Notes under the pieces: generated by a model
What the model was told of the DNA's origin: nothing
Seen by the model: the letters and a program-made list of their open reading frames with translations, nothing else
Databases searched by the model: none
In this document: one piece after another, positions 26,160 to 37,679 of the stretch
How positions within the stretch are numbered: position 1 is the stretch's first letter
Layout: each line of letters opens with the position of its first letter
Source of the DNA: Octopus sinensis
Taxonomy: Eukaryota
Assembly: GCF_006345805.1 (NCBI RefSeq)
Contig: NC_043017.1
Coordinates: 17,670,001 to 17,734,000, forward strand
Direction of reading: 5' to 3'
DNA length: 64,000 bases
Translations under genes and position numbers: made by a program

Positions 26160-26535
26160 GTGAGTGAATATGCATGGCCTGGGATCAGCTTGGAAGCAAG
26201 GTCACTTGCTCAATGATCTCAGGTTGCTTGATGTAGATATGACCACCATTAGTGAAACTAGAATATTTGGAAAGCAAAGTCTAGCATCCATTTTCGAAGA
26301 CTATGAGATATTTTCATCATAGTCTACCAGGAGTGGGTGGCAGTGTAGCAATGCTATTCCAAAAATCTTTAGATCCCTAAGGATGAACAATCTTCTTGAA
26401 CCCGGACGGTAAGACGGTGGTCCTGGATGTGAATGGGAGCAAAGGTGGCACTTTTAGACTGGTGGTCGTTCATATTCCAACAGGGGCAGGAAGGCCAGAT
26501 TTCTTCAGGCATCTAGAAGCATTCTTGGGAAAGTT
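26160..26535 (+). mobile_element. L1/Tx1-like APE endonuclease fragment (frameshifted)
   Basis: VNMHGLGSAWKQGHLLNDL...ISETR...GGSVAMLF...DGKTVVLDV...FRLVVVHIP...FFRHL. Confidence 0.75.
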
Positions 26536-26654
26536 TTGCACTTTAGTGCTAGTGTGGGACTGAAATTGCTTGGCAACAGGTGGGGGTTGGCGTCAGGAAG
26601 GGCATCCGGCCATAGAAAACTTGCCACACGCATAGCGCTGCGTATATGTGCATA

Positions 26655-26830
26655 CATTTTAGTAGGCGCGGGCATGGCTGTGTGGTTAGGGAGCTTGCTT
26701 CCTAGCTACATGGTTTCGGGTTCAGTCCCACTGCGCGGCACTTTGGGTAGGTGTCTTCCTCTATAGCCCCGAGCCGACCGGAGCTTTGTGATTGAATTTG
26801 GTAGGTGGAAGTTACTGCCGTGTGTGTATG
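26655..26830 (+). mobile_element. SINE family A 5' half
   Basis: GGCGCGGGCATGGCTGTGTGGTTAGG...GGTTCAGTCCCACTGCG. Confidence 0.8.
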
Positions 26831-26879
26831 TGTGCGTATAGCTGCTCAGTGCCTCTCCGAAAGAGAGAGAGGGGATGCA

Positions 26880-27600
26880 TGGAAAAATTGTGTGGGTCTA
26901 GTACATAGCAGAAGCAGGTGTAAAAGCCTCAAAGATTCACTCAAAAATTTCTGACTGTCTTGTGTGAAAGGTACCAACTGGATTTGCTTGAAGTGCCATT
27001 AAGGGCATGGTACAACTAGAACGAGTCATCCAGACAGAACGTAGAGTATTTCTTAGATCAGAAGATAGTGATCTGCACAGGAACCAAGTTACTGGAAATT
27101 GTAAAGGAAGGGGGTTAACTCTAACTCGTGGCTTAAAGGGGGATAACTCTATCCAGATTACTCAGTCCAGGGTTAGTAAGGTATTTATGTGGTAGTGACG
27201 GCGGTAGAGAACGGCGACGTTGAGATGAAGGCGTTGCTGATGTATGCTGGCGTCGTCGCTGGCTGGAACAGGAACATGGCTGGGTCGCTGGAGCTGGTGT
27301 CGTCGTGGGAACTGGCTGTCTGGTTGTGGTGTGGCCAATGGCCGAAGACCAAAGACCAAGTGGAGTGGGCAGGGGTGGAAAATCGAAATTTTGAAATTGC
27401 GATTTTTGTCAATTTTGTTTTTCAGAATCGGAATCTCCATAGCCGAAAACGTGGGTCACGTCTCCACCATTGCTAAGTGTTCAGGGAGGCCTTTACGGAG
27501 CTTTAAGAGATGCAGGAAAATGCATCTTTAAGCCAGAAATTGCATTGGGATTAATAGTATCTATGCAAACCGTCTTGTTGGATGTAGTACGTCGTATTTG
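26880..27600 (-). mobile_element. Unclassified element end with Thr/Pro/Ser-rich ORF remnant; related to 31840-32600
   Basis: GC-richer island; shares GGAACTGGCTGT...TGGCC/TAGACC and TACTACGTC-like motifs with 31840-32600. Confidence 0.4.
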
Positions 27601-28139
27601 CTGATTTAACGCTGTTTAGATGTGGACATTGACATGTGGACATTGACATGTGATGAACGTATGTTTTATTTCTGATGACGGGCATCATACGTGCATTTGA
27701 ACAGTTATGTTCAATGTAAGCTGAATATGTTTTGATGCATGGAAAACAGCAAAGATATAAATCGTGGTATTATCTACATGTCTGATATTTCCAAAGGCAG
27801 CAAATGGTAATGTGTCAGAGATATAAAATAAACGTTGTAAGAAATAAGAGACTGATTGAATGAGTTATGAAAAACTTGTACGATTCATTTTTATTTAAAT
27901 GTACTAGACAGATCAACATACATCTCTTATAGATCAAAACATTTCCGTTTCAAATGGCAAAGCAGAAACTCGTTAAATTAGCCGAATTTTCCCACGTACC
28001 TATACGTAAAATATTTGCCATGGTGGTCACGGTTGATAGATAGAAGCGAGAACATTGTTTTCATGTTATGTGGACTTCCATTGAAGATAGTTATCTGGAT
28101 TAAAGTTGCTGAAGGCAGTGGATGTATGCATTTATGGGA

Positions 28140-28205
28140 TCTTTTAGATGAGTTGTAGTGCACCTGAGCACTGTACACAATGTTTTATTATTATTATTAT
28201 TATTA
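28140..28205 (+). mobile_element. Extreme 3' tail of the CR1 family seen at 40378-41320
   Basis: TTTAGATGAGTTGTAGTGCACCTGAGCACTGTACACAAT(TAT)n matches the reverse complement of 40403-40441. Confidence 0.9.
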
Positions 28206-28678
28206 TTTCCGGTTTGAACGGCAGTTTTTTCTAGCGGTGTCATATGAAATTGTCACCCATAATTATGACCCTAGTATCGATCTATTGCATTTCAATCTAT
28301 TTTAGGGTTAGGGTTAGGGTGGGGGAAGGGTATCTTTTTTTCTTCACAAATGTAAATAAACCCAATGTTTCTTATTCATACGGCACAGAATGTTTTCACC
28401 TCAATAGACTCATTGATTGGTTGAAATTGCAGAAATTGAAGAAAAAAAACAACAAATATCGGATCTTTTCGGTTTGAACGCCAGTTTTTAACATAATTTC
28501 TAGGTAACTAAACACTTTTAAACTTCGTATACTGGTAGAATGTGTTTATAAAACATCTTTTTCTCTTGGCTTTATTGAGAAAATTCTATAGTTTGTAAGA
28601 TATTTGGGATCTTTTTCTTTTGATAGCCAGATTTCAACACAATTTCTAGTTAACTAAACACTTTAAAACTTCGCACCC
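28206..28678. mobile_element. Rearranged MITE (GGATCTTTTCGG-TIR family) with inverted right arm and an extra degenerate end
   Basis: Compared with the intact copy 29210-29619, segment 28461-28606 is the reverse complement of its right arm. Confidence 0.8.
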
Positions 28679-29209
28679 TCATATCCCACTCTAGACCGAT
28701 TTAGGCATATTATTGTTTTGTTTTTGTTGTTTTTGGCCCTTCAAAACCATGGGAGAAGCCTATAAGGCTAATCAAACTAATTTGGTCAATTTAAGACAAA
28801 AACAATTGCTATTCTATCGAATGGGATCTAATTATTGACATATTAGGCATGGCTATTGTTGGTTCAAGTTTGATTCTACTCTGTCAAACCATGGGTACGT
28901 GTGGTTAAGAAGCTTCCGAAACATGTGGTTTCAGGCTCTTCTAAGCCATATCTGTATGGAAGTACGCGTTGCAAGCTTTGCTTAATCGAGAGGAGAATCA
29001 TTCTAAAACCTCACGCGTTTTAAGTGTTTTCCTGGATGCAAAATGCAAAATATTTTGTCGCTATCTTCGTGAAAACAAATAAATTTTTACAATGCAGTTT
29101 TCTCCCTTCTCATACTTGGCAGAAGAAAGCTTGTACGCAATGCAGAGCTGACACGCTTCAGAGAACGGTCCATGGGAGGCAACTCTACTTTCCCTTATGA
29201 AAAACGTTA

Positions 29210-29619
29210 TAACTTTTCAGTTTGAACGGCAGTTTTTCTAGCGGTGTCATATGAAATTGTCACCCATAATTATGACCCTAGTATCGCTCTATTGCATTTC
29301 AATCTGTTTTAGGGTTAGGGGTGGGGGGAAGGGTATCTTTTTTTCTTCACAAATGTAAATAAACCCAATCTGTTTCTTAAACGAGGGACATATTCATATG
29401 GCACAGAATGTTTTCACCTTAATAGACGTGATTGATTGGTTGAAATTGCAGATATTGAAGAAAAAAAACAACAAATATCTTACAAACTATAGAATTTTCT
29501 CAATAAAGCCAAGAAAAAAAGATGTTTTATAAACACATTCTACCAGTATACGAAGTTTAAAATTTTTTTAGTTACGTGGAAATTATTTTAAAAAACTGCC
29601 GTTCAAACCGAAAAGATCC
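29210..29619. mobile_element. ~410 bp MITE, TIR GGATCTTTTCGGTTTGAACGGCAGTTTTT (GG termini, possibly Merlin-like)
   Basis: TIRs at 29210-29238 and 29591-29619; superfamily is inferred. Confidence 0.8.
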
Positions 29620-29719
29620 ACACTTTTTCCTTCCTTTTCTTCTTGTATCTTCCCCTTCCTTTCTTTTTTGTTTCCCTTCTACTATTACACTTTAGCAGGG
29701 CAGAAAATATATTTGTATG

Positions 29720-29745
29720 CATCATCGTCATCATCGTCTGTATCG

Positions 29746-29776
<31 letters not shown>

Positions 29777-30820
29777 TATCATTATCACCATCACCATCAT
29801 CATCATCATCATTTAACGTCCGCTTTCTATTTGAGGCGATTTGACTGGGACTGGTAAGCCAGAGAGCTGCACCAAATTCCAGTCAGATTTTGGTTGGGTT
29901 TCTACGGTTGGATAACCTTCCTAACGCCAACTACTCCGAACGTATAACGGATGCTCTTTTTACGCGCCACCGTCACGGATACCATTTACACGACACGACC
30001 AACGGTCACGATTCAGATTTCCCTGGTGCCATTCAGATGACACTAGCAACAGCAACGACTATGATTTCACTTGGTTTGACGGATCTTCTCAAGAGCACAG
30101 CATATCGCCAAAGGTCTCGGTCGCTTGTCATCACCACTGTTAGGCCCAGCATTCGAAGATCGTGCTTCACCACTTTCACCCATGTCTTCCTGAGTCCTGC
30201 TTCTTCTACAGGTCCCTTCCACTTCTATAACACATGTCTTCTATAACACTGTGTAGCAAATTTTTTTTTTCATCTTTGGTCAGTAACTGTTATTTCCTAT
30301 TTAATATAGAATGTAATACAGTATACCCAATAGTTGTTTTAATTGCAGTGGTCCTGTAATAGTCGGAGCAGGATTCGCAGTGGATGTGCAGTTCTTCAGA
30401 AAGATTGGTCTCTGTACACATCACATGACCACATCAGCACACGCCACATCTGATGCCTCTTATGCCCAGTTTTTTCTCTCAAGACACTCTGTCGTATGTG
30501 CACACTGACATTGCACATACGACAGAGAAAAACTGGGCATAAGAGGCATCAGATGTGCACACTGACGTTGCACATCCAGCGAAGCATACTGGCTCCGTCT
30601 CTTTCAAGCCTTCACATGTCCTCTGTGGCCACAGCCCATGTTTCACTGCCGTGTAGCACAGCTGTTTGCACACAGACATCATACAGTATGCCATTCATTT
30701 TGGGGAAGAGGCACTTTGTTACCTACAGGGGTAGGGGCTCCCTGAACTTTGCCCAGCCTTATTTATATTCTAGCAGCTACGCTCTTGGAGCATCCACTTC
30801 CACTACTGACTTGGTCACCT
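29720..30820 (-). mobile_element. 5'-truncated RTE LINE (RT C-terminus, 3' UTR, GAT tail) with an internal foldback
   Basis: YLGDQVSSGSGCS...VCVQTAVLHGSETWAV...KTWVKVVKHDLRMLGL...DLWRYAVLEK; (GAT)n tail. Confidence 0.88.
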
Positions 30821-30821
30821 A

Positions 30822-31335
30822 GGTAACGGAATGTGTGATGAACCGAACATCCGGCTAAGGTGCCCTATGCTTCACCCATTAGATCCCTGAAAGGGTGTCA
30901 GTCGATATAGACAGCAGGACAGTGGCCACGGAAATTGGAATCCATTCAGGAGTATGTAACAACTTACCTCCCGAATCGACCGGCCCCCAAATGGATGGCG
31001 CTGGAGCGAGCGACCAATGCCGGACCGGCCGGGCGACAGGTTGCGCGATCGCCGGCGAGTCGACTTTCCGATGCCCGGTCGAGTAGGAGGGCGCCGTGGC
31101 ATGTATAGAAGCCGCGGACGCGAGCCCGGGTGAAACTGACCGCAAGGGCAGATCTCGGTGGTAGTGACAAATATTCGAACGTGGCCCTTGAAGACCGAAG
31201 TTGAGAAGGGTTTCGTGCCGAAGGTGGTCGAGCATGGGTCAGTCGGTCCTAAGAAGCGGGCGAAAACTTCCACGAAAGGCACCAGATCCGTCGTTGTTAG
31301 TGCACGCGACCGGCCTCGTATCGAAAGTGAATTGC
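30822..31335 (+). rRNA. 28S: Orphan 28S (LSU) rRNA fragment, probable pseudogene
   Basis: Conserved LSU motifs GATGAACCGAAC, GATATAGACAGCAGGAC, AAATGGATGGCGCTGGAGCG, GAGTAGGAGGGC, GCAGATCTCGGTGGTAGT, CATGGGTCAGTCGGTCCTAAG; no other rDNA nearby. Confidence 0.93.
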
Positions 31336-31595
31336 AGGTCGTCCATTATCTTACAGAAAACGACATGAAAACTTGATTCTAAAAGTGGCAGGAACGCTGG
31401 AACCATTGTGTTGTTGTAGAAGATGACTATTTGCAAGATGTTAATTTATTCTAATTAATCCTGGAAATTTTTGATACCACATCGTACATTCAGAGAAATA
31501 TCTACCCCATTTGTCGTCACACAACTACAGTTTATGGCAGCTTTCATCACACAATTACGCTCATGTGTAGATTAAACGTAAACATAGATCTCACA

Positions 31596-31835
31596 GGCGG
31601 CGAGCTGGCAGAACCGTTAGCACGCCGGGTGAAATGCTTAGCGGTATTTCGTCTACCGTTACGTTCTGAGTTTAAATTCCGCCGAGGTCGACTTTGCCTT
31701 TCATCCTTTCGAGGTCGATAAATTAAGTACCAGTTACGCACTGGGGTCGATGTAATCGACTTAATCCGTTTGTCTGTCCTTGTTTGTCCTCTCTGTGTTT
31801 AGCCCCTTGTGGGTAGTAGAGATATATATATATAG
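31596..31835 (+). mobile_element. SINE family B, full length (~235 bp)
   Basis: GGCGGCGAGCTGGCAGAA...GAGTTTAAATTCCGCCGAGGTCGACTTTGCCTTTCATCC...GTGGGTAGTA. Confidence 0.9.
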
Positions 31836-31839
31836 GTTT

Positions 31840-32600
31840 TCTGTAGTTTCTATGATGGGACTAGAAGGTTCCTGATACCTATGGAGTATCTCCTTCTCCC
31901 ATTACAATTATTTTTTGTAGTCTTAAGATTCTGGAACTCGAAGAAGAAGAGGCTTACAAGCGGATGCAATTCAATGGTTGCTTATTTGGTTCTCATTTCA
32001 TGGAGTTTGCTCCCGGCGACCATCTGCATGTCAGCGCGTAGTTCGTTAGCTCCGTTCGCGAGAGGTACATTACCTCTGGAGATAACGGGTAGAGTTAGAG
32101 CGGGTTAAGAATCCACTGTGAGCTGCTAGGTTGCAGTGTTGTTCAACGTGAGCGCCAACGCAAGAGAAGAGAGAGATGATGTTGACGTTAGGACGAATGG
32201 TGGCGACGGAGATGGAGGTCCTCGAATGCTGCTGGACGAAGTTGATGGGTCTCCATGTGGCTGTTGTTGTGTTGTCACTGGAACTGGCTGTGTCCTGTGT
32301 GGTCAGTGGCTAGACCTTAAAAGGTCTGGAAACGAAAACCTTTAGACGGTGTGAAGCTAGAGTTTTATAGTGAGCAGTCGGCTCAAACTAAGGTTTAGAA
32401 GAGACTGTCTCACGTGACCTTATTTGAAGGCTGTGACTAGTTGGGTTGCATATTGGTGCACGATAGAGCAAGAGACAAATTGCACCAATACCAACCAATC
32501 AGAGTAGTGGTCATAATAGGCTCCAAAAGTGCGGCCGAAGGCTAGTTGTTATCTACTACGTCCGTATTTATGTATATATAACAGAGAGAGAGAGAGAGGA
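31840..32600 (-). mobile_element. Unclassified element end with degenerate ORF; related to 26880-27600
   Basis: QPVPVTTQQQPHGDPSTSSSS...LPVISRGNVPLANGANELRADMQMV; weak similarity to the 27000-27400 frames. Confidence 0.4.
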
Positions 32601-32619
32601 ATTTCCCTCAAGCGTACGC

Positions 32620-33547
32620 TACATTTCCATTGACACCAAAAACATTGCCTTTGAAGGGTCACACATGTTCCTTGTTCAACCCCTTCTCATTGTTGCAGTT
32701 GCTGCTAAAGGTGTCATCCTGCAACACATGATGATGACTCTGGCCCGAGATATTACATCTCCCATCGCCATGGAGTGAATATTCAGCAGCTTTTACAATT
32801 CAACCAACATGTGGTCAGGAAATCCTGTCACAAATGCTAATTTAACTGTTTGTTCCAACACGTCATCCCTGTATCCCACAAGTGTGCCTAATCTCCTGAT
32901 TTTGTTGGCAAACACATCGACCTGTTCACTTGTCTACTTCACTTTCCCCAGTCAACCATATGCTATAAATGGCCCTTCTCTAAAAGCCTCCATCAGCCAG
33001 ACTTCTATTTTTTTCTATGCTTAACTGGTCCTTCTCCTCCATTTCCAGGTATAGCGCCAATGCTGATCCATCAAGGCACAATGGTATGGAACTCGCTAGG
33101 CCATCTATACTATGGAGTCTTGCCACCATCTTAATTTTTTGCAACCAAGTGGCAATGTCTCCCTCGTTGCAAAATGGCCTAACCATCTCATTCAAAACAC
33201 AGACCATACCCATCATTTCTTTTTTTTTTTTTTTTTTTTTTTTGGAGTCAAAATAGCTTGTGATGTGAAGAAGGAAAAAGATGGAAGCAAAGAGAGAATT
33301 ACAGTAGTCTTACCTGTTGATCTGGAAGGGTCGCTCACAACGTCCACGTGCTCTGTCTCAATCTATAAGGTCCATGTGCTCTGCCTACCACAGTACCATC
33401 GAACATATCTGCTCGACTGCTTGCACTTCACCAACCTCGCATGCCCACTGCAGCCCTTCTGGTGAGATCCTCAGGCCCCACTTCCGACAGGACACGTACT
33501 TCCTCACTTCCGGTCCTTCCCTACAACACAGCCTGGCTCATACCACA
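32620..33547 (-). mobile_element. LTR retrotransposon remnant: putative 5' LTR (33315-33547) and gag
   Basis: TGTGG...TCAACA LTR-like ends; gag RPFCNEGDIATWLQKIKMVARLH...IPLCLDGSALALYLEMEE...EAF...VDVFANKIRRL. Confidence 0.75.
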
Positions 33548-33940
33548 AGTTATAAAGTAAGCAAATGCAGATTTGTGATGGCAAAGTTCCATAAAGAGCA
33601 TATATACCATGAAGTTCTTTGACCATACTTAACAAAAAGTGACCTTGGCCCATGTGACCTCTCAATCAAAACATTAAGGGCACATTCAAAATACCAATTT
33701 TCATAATAGACAGTTAAAAGTTCAACAAAACATGTCCCATCTAGTTTGCAATGATAGTCATCCTAAATTAAGCAGAGTGTGGGCATATCTGCATTTACTT
33801 AAAACGACATTGAAAAACTGTTTTCAAATTTATGTCAAGGTCCATACATGGGTTTACATTAGGCCTCGAAACCGGTTTTATATTATGATCAGTAAAACCG
33901 AAACCGATTTGCCAAAACCGATTTTAAGGCTTGCTGTTAC

Positions 33941-34055
33941 GGATCTTTTCAATAAAAGATGTTTTATCTAACACATTCTACCAGTATACGAAGTTTAAAA
34001 GTGTTTAGTTACAAATAACTATTTTTTAAATGTGCCGGTCAAAGTGAAAAGATCC
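33941..34055. mobile_element. 115 bp miniature of the GGATCTTTTC-TIR MITE nested in the hAT
   Basis: GGATCTTTTCA...TGAAAAGATCC; flanks GCTGTTAC / GCTGTTTT. Confidence 0.78.
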
Positions 34056-34423
34056 GCTGTTTTTTTTTTTTTTTTTTTTCGCAAAACATTTCTCCATTTT
34101 TTCTTTTCAAGAAATATCGTTGAAACTGAACTAACTGAACTGTTGTCGGTCGCCTTTAGTTGAGAGTGCTGTCTGTTTCATTGAAACATATCGCAACATA
34201 TCAATTCTCACCTTCTTTCCCCTTGAACCTTAGATCAGCACCTTGTCATCTCCTTCGCTAACCCCATGCAGACTCTTTGAATTTGCAGGTTTATTCATAG
34301 CAAGTCAAGGGGATGCTGTTAGTCTTCAGTCGACTGATCTTTCCCGTTGAGCATATGTAATAACCAGTTCCAGATTCATTTCAAGGAAGTAACGCTAAAT
34401 TTTTTGATAAAAAAAGTGAAGAG

Positions 34424-34511
34424 ATCGCCATAACAGACGATAGTGATCGCTGTAACAGACGATAGTGATCGCTGTAACAGACGATAGTGATCGCCATAAC
34501 AGACGATAGTG
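34424..34511. repeat. 22 bp tandem repeat x4 inside the hAT transposase remnant
   Basis: ATCGC(CA/TG)TAACAGACGATAGTG x4. Confidence 0.92.
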
Positions 34512-35388
34512 ATGATGAAGCTGACATAAGCCAACAAGACATACTTTGTCAAACAGATTTGGCTCACGAAAATGCTTGTTTTCCCCAGCTAAAACCTGAA
34601 TTTAACAAAGTTTTAAATAAGGTAAGAAAAATTTCAAAACTTTTCCGTAAATCTCCTACAAAAAATGAAATTTTGCAAGATTTTGTACGAGCGAACTTTG
34701 ATAACAGAGAATATAAACTTATACTGGATTGCAGAATTCGGTGGAATAGCACATTCCATATGATTGAGAGATTTTTGAAACTGAAAAGCTGCATTCCAAA
34801 TGCTCTATGAGCAGAACTTTCCACAGATGCCGTCGCTGACGAAGAATGGAAATCTCTCAATTTACTATATGAAATTCTGCATTCAGTAGAAATTATTTTG
34901 AAGGCTATTTGCGCTGATGATACGGGTTTACTGAAAGCGGAATATTCAATAGAATTTTTATTGAATAAACTTAATATCGTCGGCAACCATTTGGCTCTAA
35001 ATCTTCGTGAAAGACTTATGCATAGATATAATAAGAGAAGAAATGTCGAAGCCTTGACTCTCTTGAGGTGTTTACATAACCCAAGGAAATTTAAAGGTGA
35101 GTCAATTTCTGGGCCTTTTCTATTTTTTAACGAAACAACATTTAAGGAAGTATGCTGAACAAACATATAGGAGATTATTTCCTGAAAATGATGCTGAGAA
35201 CACAACAGAATTATACAAAGAAAATGAAATAGGAGGGAACCTAAAAACAAGTGTTACTGTTGTCCCATCTACTTACGAAGGTAATGGACTCATGCGTGAA
35301 TACACAAGCGTAATGAAGAAAATGAATGAAGAGCCCAAGATGGTAAAAGATGGATTTGAAATCTCTAAAGAATTCGGGTACTATCTAA

Positions 35389-35565
35389 GAAGAGTGATCC
35401 CGATGCACACACTTGCGTACTCGCGTATTCGCGTTAGCTAGTCGTGACTAGTCGATCCTACAACGACTATCTAGCAAAGTAAATAAAACACAAAAACACA
35501 AAGGATCCGACTAGTCATGACTAGCTAGCGCAGATGCGCGAGTACGCGCACCGGGACCACTCTTC
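35389..35565. mobile_element. Palindromic MITE with a (C/T)TAA duplication, nested in the hAT (Kolobok-like termini)
   Basis: ~65 bp imperfect TIRs GAAGAGTGATCCCG... / ...CCGGGACCACTCTTC; CTAA and TTAA flanks. Confidence 0.8.
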
Positions 35566-36121
35566 TTAAGTAGTACCCGCGAAAACCGGTTTTGAGAATA
35601 CTTATATTTGAACTCGGTTTTGGGAATTATCGTTTGTTTTTTTTTTTTTTGTTTTTTTTTGCGAGCCCTAGTTTGATGAAGTCAAATCTAGCCTTAGAAA
35701 TGGTGACAATACCAAAAATGTTGAAAAATGGACATCTCAGTTTGTGAAAAATCTTGACGAGATAGAACAAAATGAATTTCAATTTTGAAATCAGGACCCC
35801 GAATTAGTAGAAGACATGTCTCTTACATCAGGCAACAAAAACCTTGTTCCCCAGTGTTATAATGTTACTTTGTAAATTAAAATCAAATAATTTTCAATAT
35901 TCAAATTTTATTCTTAGCTGCAATATTTTAAGTAAAAATTTTCTTCTTCTGTACTTTACCAGATACAATAAGTTGTCCTGAACTTTTCCAAGTATAATAA
36001 CTTCTCCTGTAATTTTCCAGGTTTATAATCTTAAGAAAATTATTTCTCTTGCTTGCATTTTTCCATGTAATCCATGTTTTTTCCAGTCTATGCTTTATGC
36101 TAATTAATAATGTGTCAATTA

Positions 36122-36508
36122 GTGGAGGCGCAATGGCCCAGTGGTTAGGGCAGCGGACTCGCGGTCATAGGATCGCGGTTTCGATTCCCAGACCGGGCGT
36201 TGTGAGTGTTTATTGAGCGAAAACACCTAAAGCTCCACGAGGCTCCAGCAGGGGATGGTGGTGATCCCTGCTGTACTCTTTCACCACAACTTTCTCTCAC
36301 TCTTACTTCCTGTTTCTGTTGTACCTGTATTTCAAAGGGCTGGCCTTGTCACTCTCTGTGTCATGCTGAATATCCCCGAGAACTACATTAAGGGTACACG
36401 TGTCTGTGGAGTGCTCAGCCACTTACACGTTAATTTCACGAGCAGGCTGTTCCGTTGATTCGGATCAACCGGAACCCTCGTTGTCGTAACCGACGGAGAG
36501 CTTCCAAA
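36122..36508 (+). mobile_element. SINE family D, tail type 1, with TSD
   Basis: tRNA-like head; AATGTGTCAA repeated on both flanks. Confidence 0.9.
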
Positions 36509-36774
36509 AATGTGTCAAATCTGTCGTCATTGATAATTTTTTCCTTATTTCAATGAATTCAGTGACATATACTAAAAGTCCCCTTATAAAATTATATTCA
36601 TAAAAATGTATAAAACTATATTATCAATCTGTGGTATTGAGTAGAATATTTGCTGTAGCCCATCTTTTATACCAAGACAAAACAATGTACATGATAACAC
36701 TTCCAATCGGTTAAGATCAGTAGCCACGAGAGCCACTGCCTGGCACTGCATCAGGGCATGATGCAGTATTATTA

Positions 36775-36938
36775 TTGCCGTTATGTTCTGAGTTCGAATT
36801 CCGCTGAGGTCGACTTTGCCTTTCATCCTTTCGGGGTCGATAAATTAAGTACTAGTTCACTGGGGTCGATGCAATCGACTTAATCCCTTTGTCTGTCTTT
36901 GTTCCCTCTGTGTTTAGCCCCTTGTGGGTAGTAAAGAA

Positions 36939-36945
<7 letters not shown>
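36775..36945 (+). mobile_element. SINE family B (5'-truncated or with a variant head)
   Basis: GTTCTGAGTTCGAATTCCGCTGAGGTCGACTTTGCC...GTAGTAAAGAAA. Confidence 0.85.
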
Positions 36946-36972
<27 letters not shown>

Positions 36973-37039
36973 GGGTTACAATATTATGGAAATAAAAAAA
37001 GAATGTCTAAAAAATAATATCAATAATGTTAATGAATAC

Positions 37040-37515
37040 AAAAAATAGGTTGAAGATGTCAATGTATTTGAAGATTTGTCTCACAATGAAGCCATCCCTT
37101 CTGAGTTTATCACCTATTTTGAGATTACATACGTTGGGATTGTAAAGGGTGTGGTCCTCGTTGGTGAAGAGAAGCCCCATATTTTCCTATACAACTTTGG
37201 AATATATGTGATTGCATCTTAAAGGACTTGCCAAGATCAAATAATTCTTTAGAAGGGTTTCACAATGTTTTTCACTTATCACTAACATCCATGCATCTAA
37301 ATTTGTGGAAACTATGCACTGACCTCAAAGCTGAGGAAAGATTAAGCCAGAGAAAAATTGCGCACATTCAACATAGAGACTCAACAATAAAAAAATAAAT
37401 AAATAAAAAAGACCTATCAAATTACTGATGCACGACTGAAGAAGTTAGTTCAGGAATATCAAGATGAAAACCCTCTGCAATTTTTCAGAAGTATTGCACA
37501 CATTTCGTCTTAAGA
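37040..37515 (+). mobile_element. Mutator/MULE-like transposase C-terminal remnant
   Basis: FITYFEITYVG...QLWN...DLPRSNNSLEGFHNVF...LNLWKL...FFRSIAH (LPR.NN..EG.H motif). Confidence 0.75.
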
Positions 37516-37679
37516 AATTTTTAAAGAAATTTTTTTAAAGAAATTAAACTTTCTTATCCTAACTCTGCTTCACAATGTATCTATTATCAATGTTAAAATA
37601 TTTGTGAATGACCTTATAGATTTAACAATGTTATTTTTAATTTGCACACATATATACACACGTACCCCACACAACTGCT

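Larger units (their letters stand above)
33860..35670 (+). mobile_element. hAT (Ac-like) transposon, internally deleted, with transposase remnant
   Basis: Termini TAGGCCTCG / GCGAGCCCTA; subterminal AAACCG repeats; KVRKISKLFRKSP...KLILDCRIRWNST.HMIERFL; stop at 34810 and frameshifts. Confidence 0.85.

Noticed and set aside
28301-28320. TTAGGG repeats as an interstitial telomere
   Set aside because: Only 2-3 units, and part of the MITE body (also at ~29310)
34424-34511. 3 x 22 = 66 nt expansion preserving the transposase frame
   Set aside because: Intermediate units introduce a TAG in that frame, and the ORF has other stops
36122-36200. tRNA-like sequence as a tRNA gene
   Set aside because: Head of a multi-copy SINE with body, tail and TSD; no clean cloverleaf
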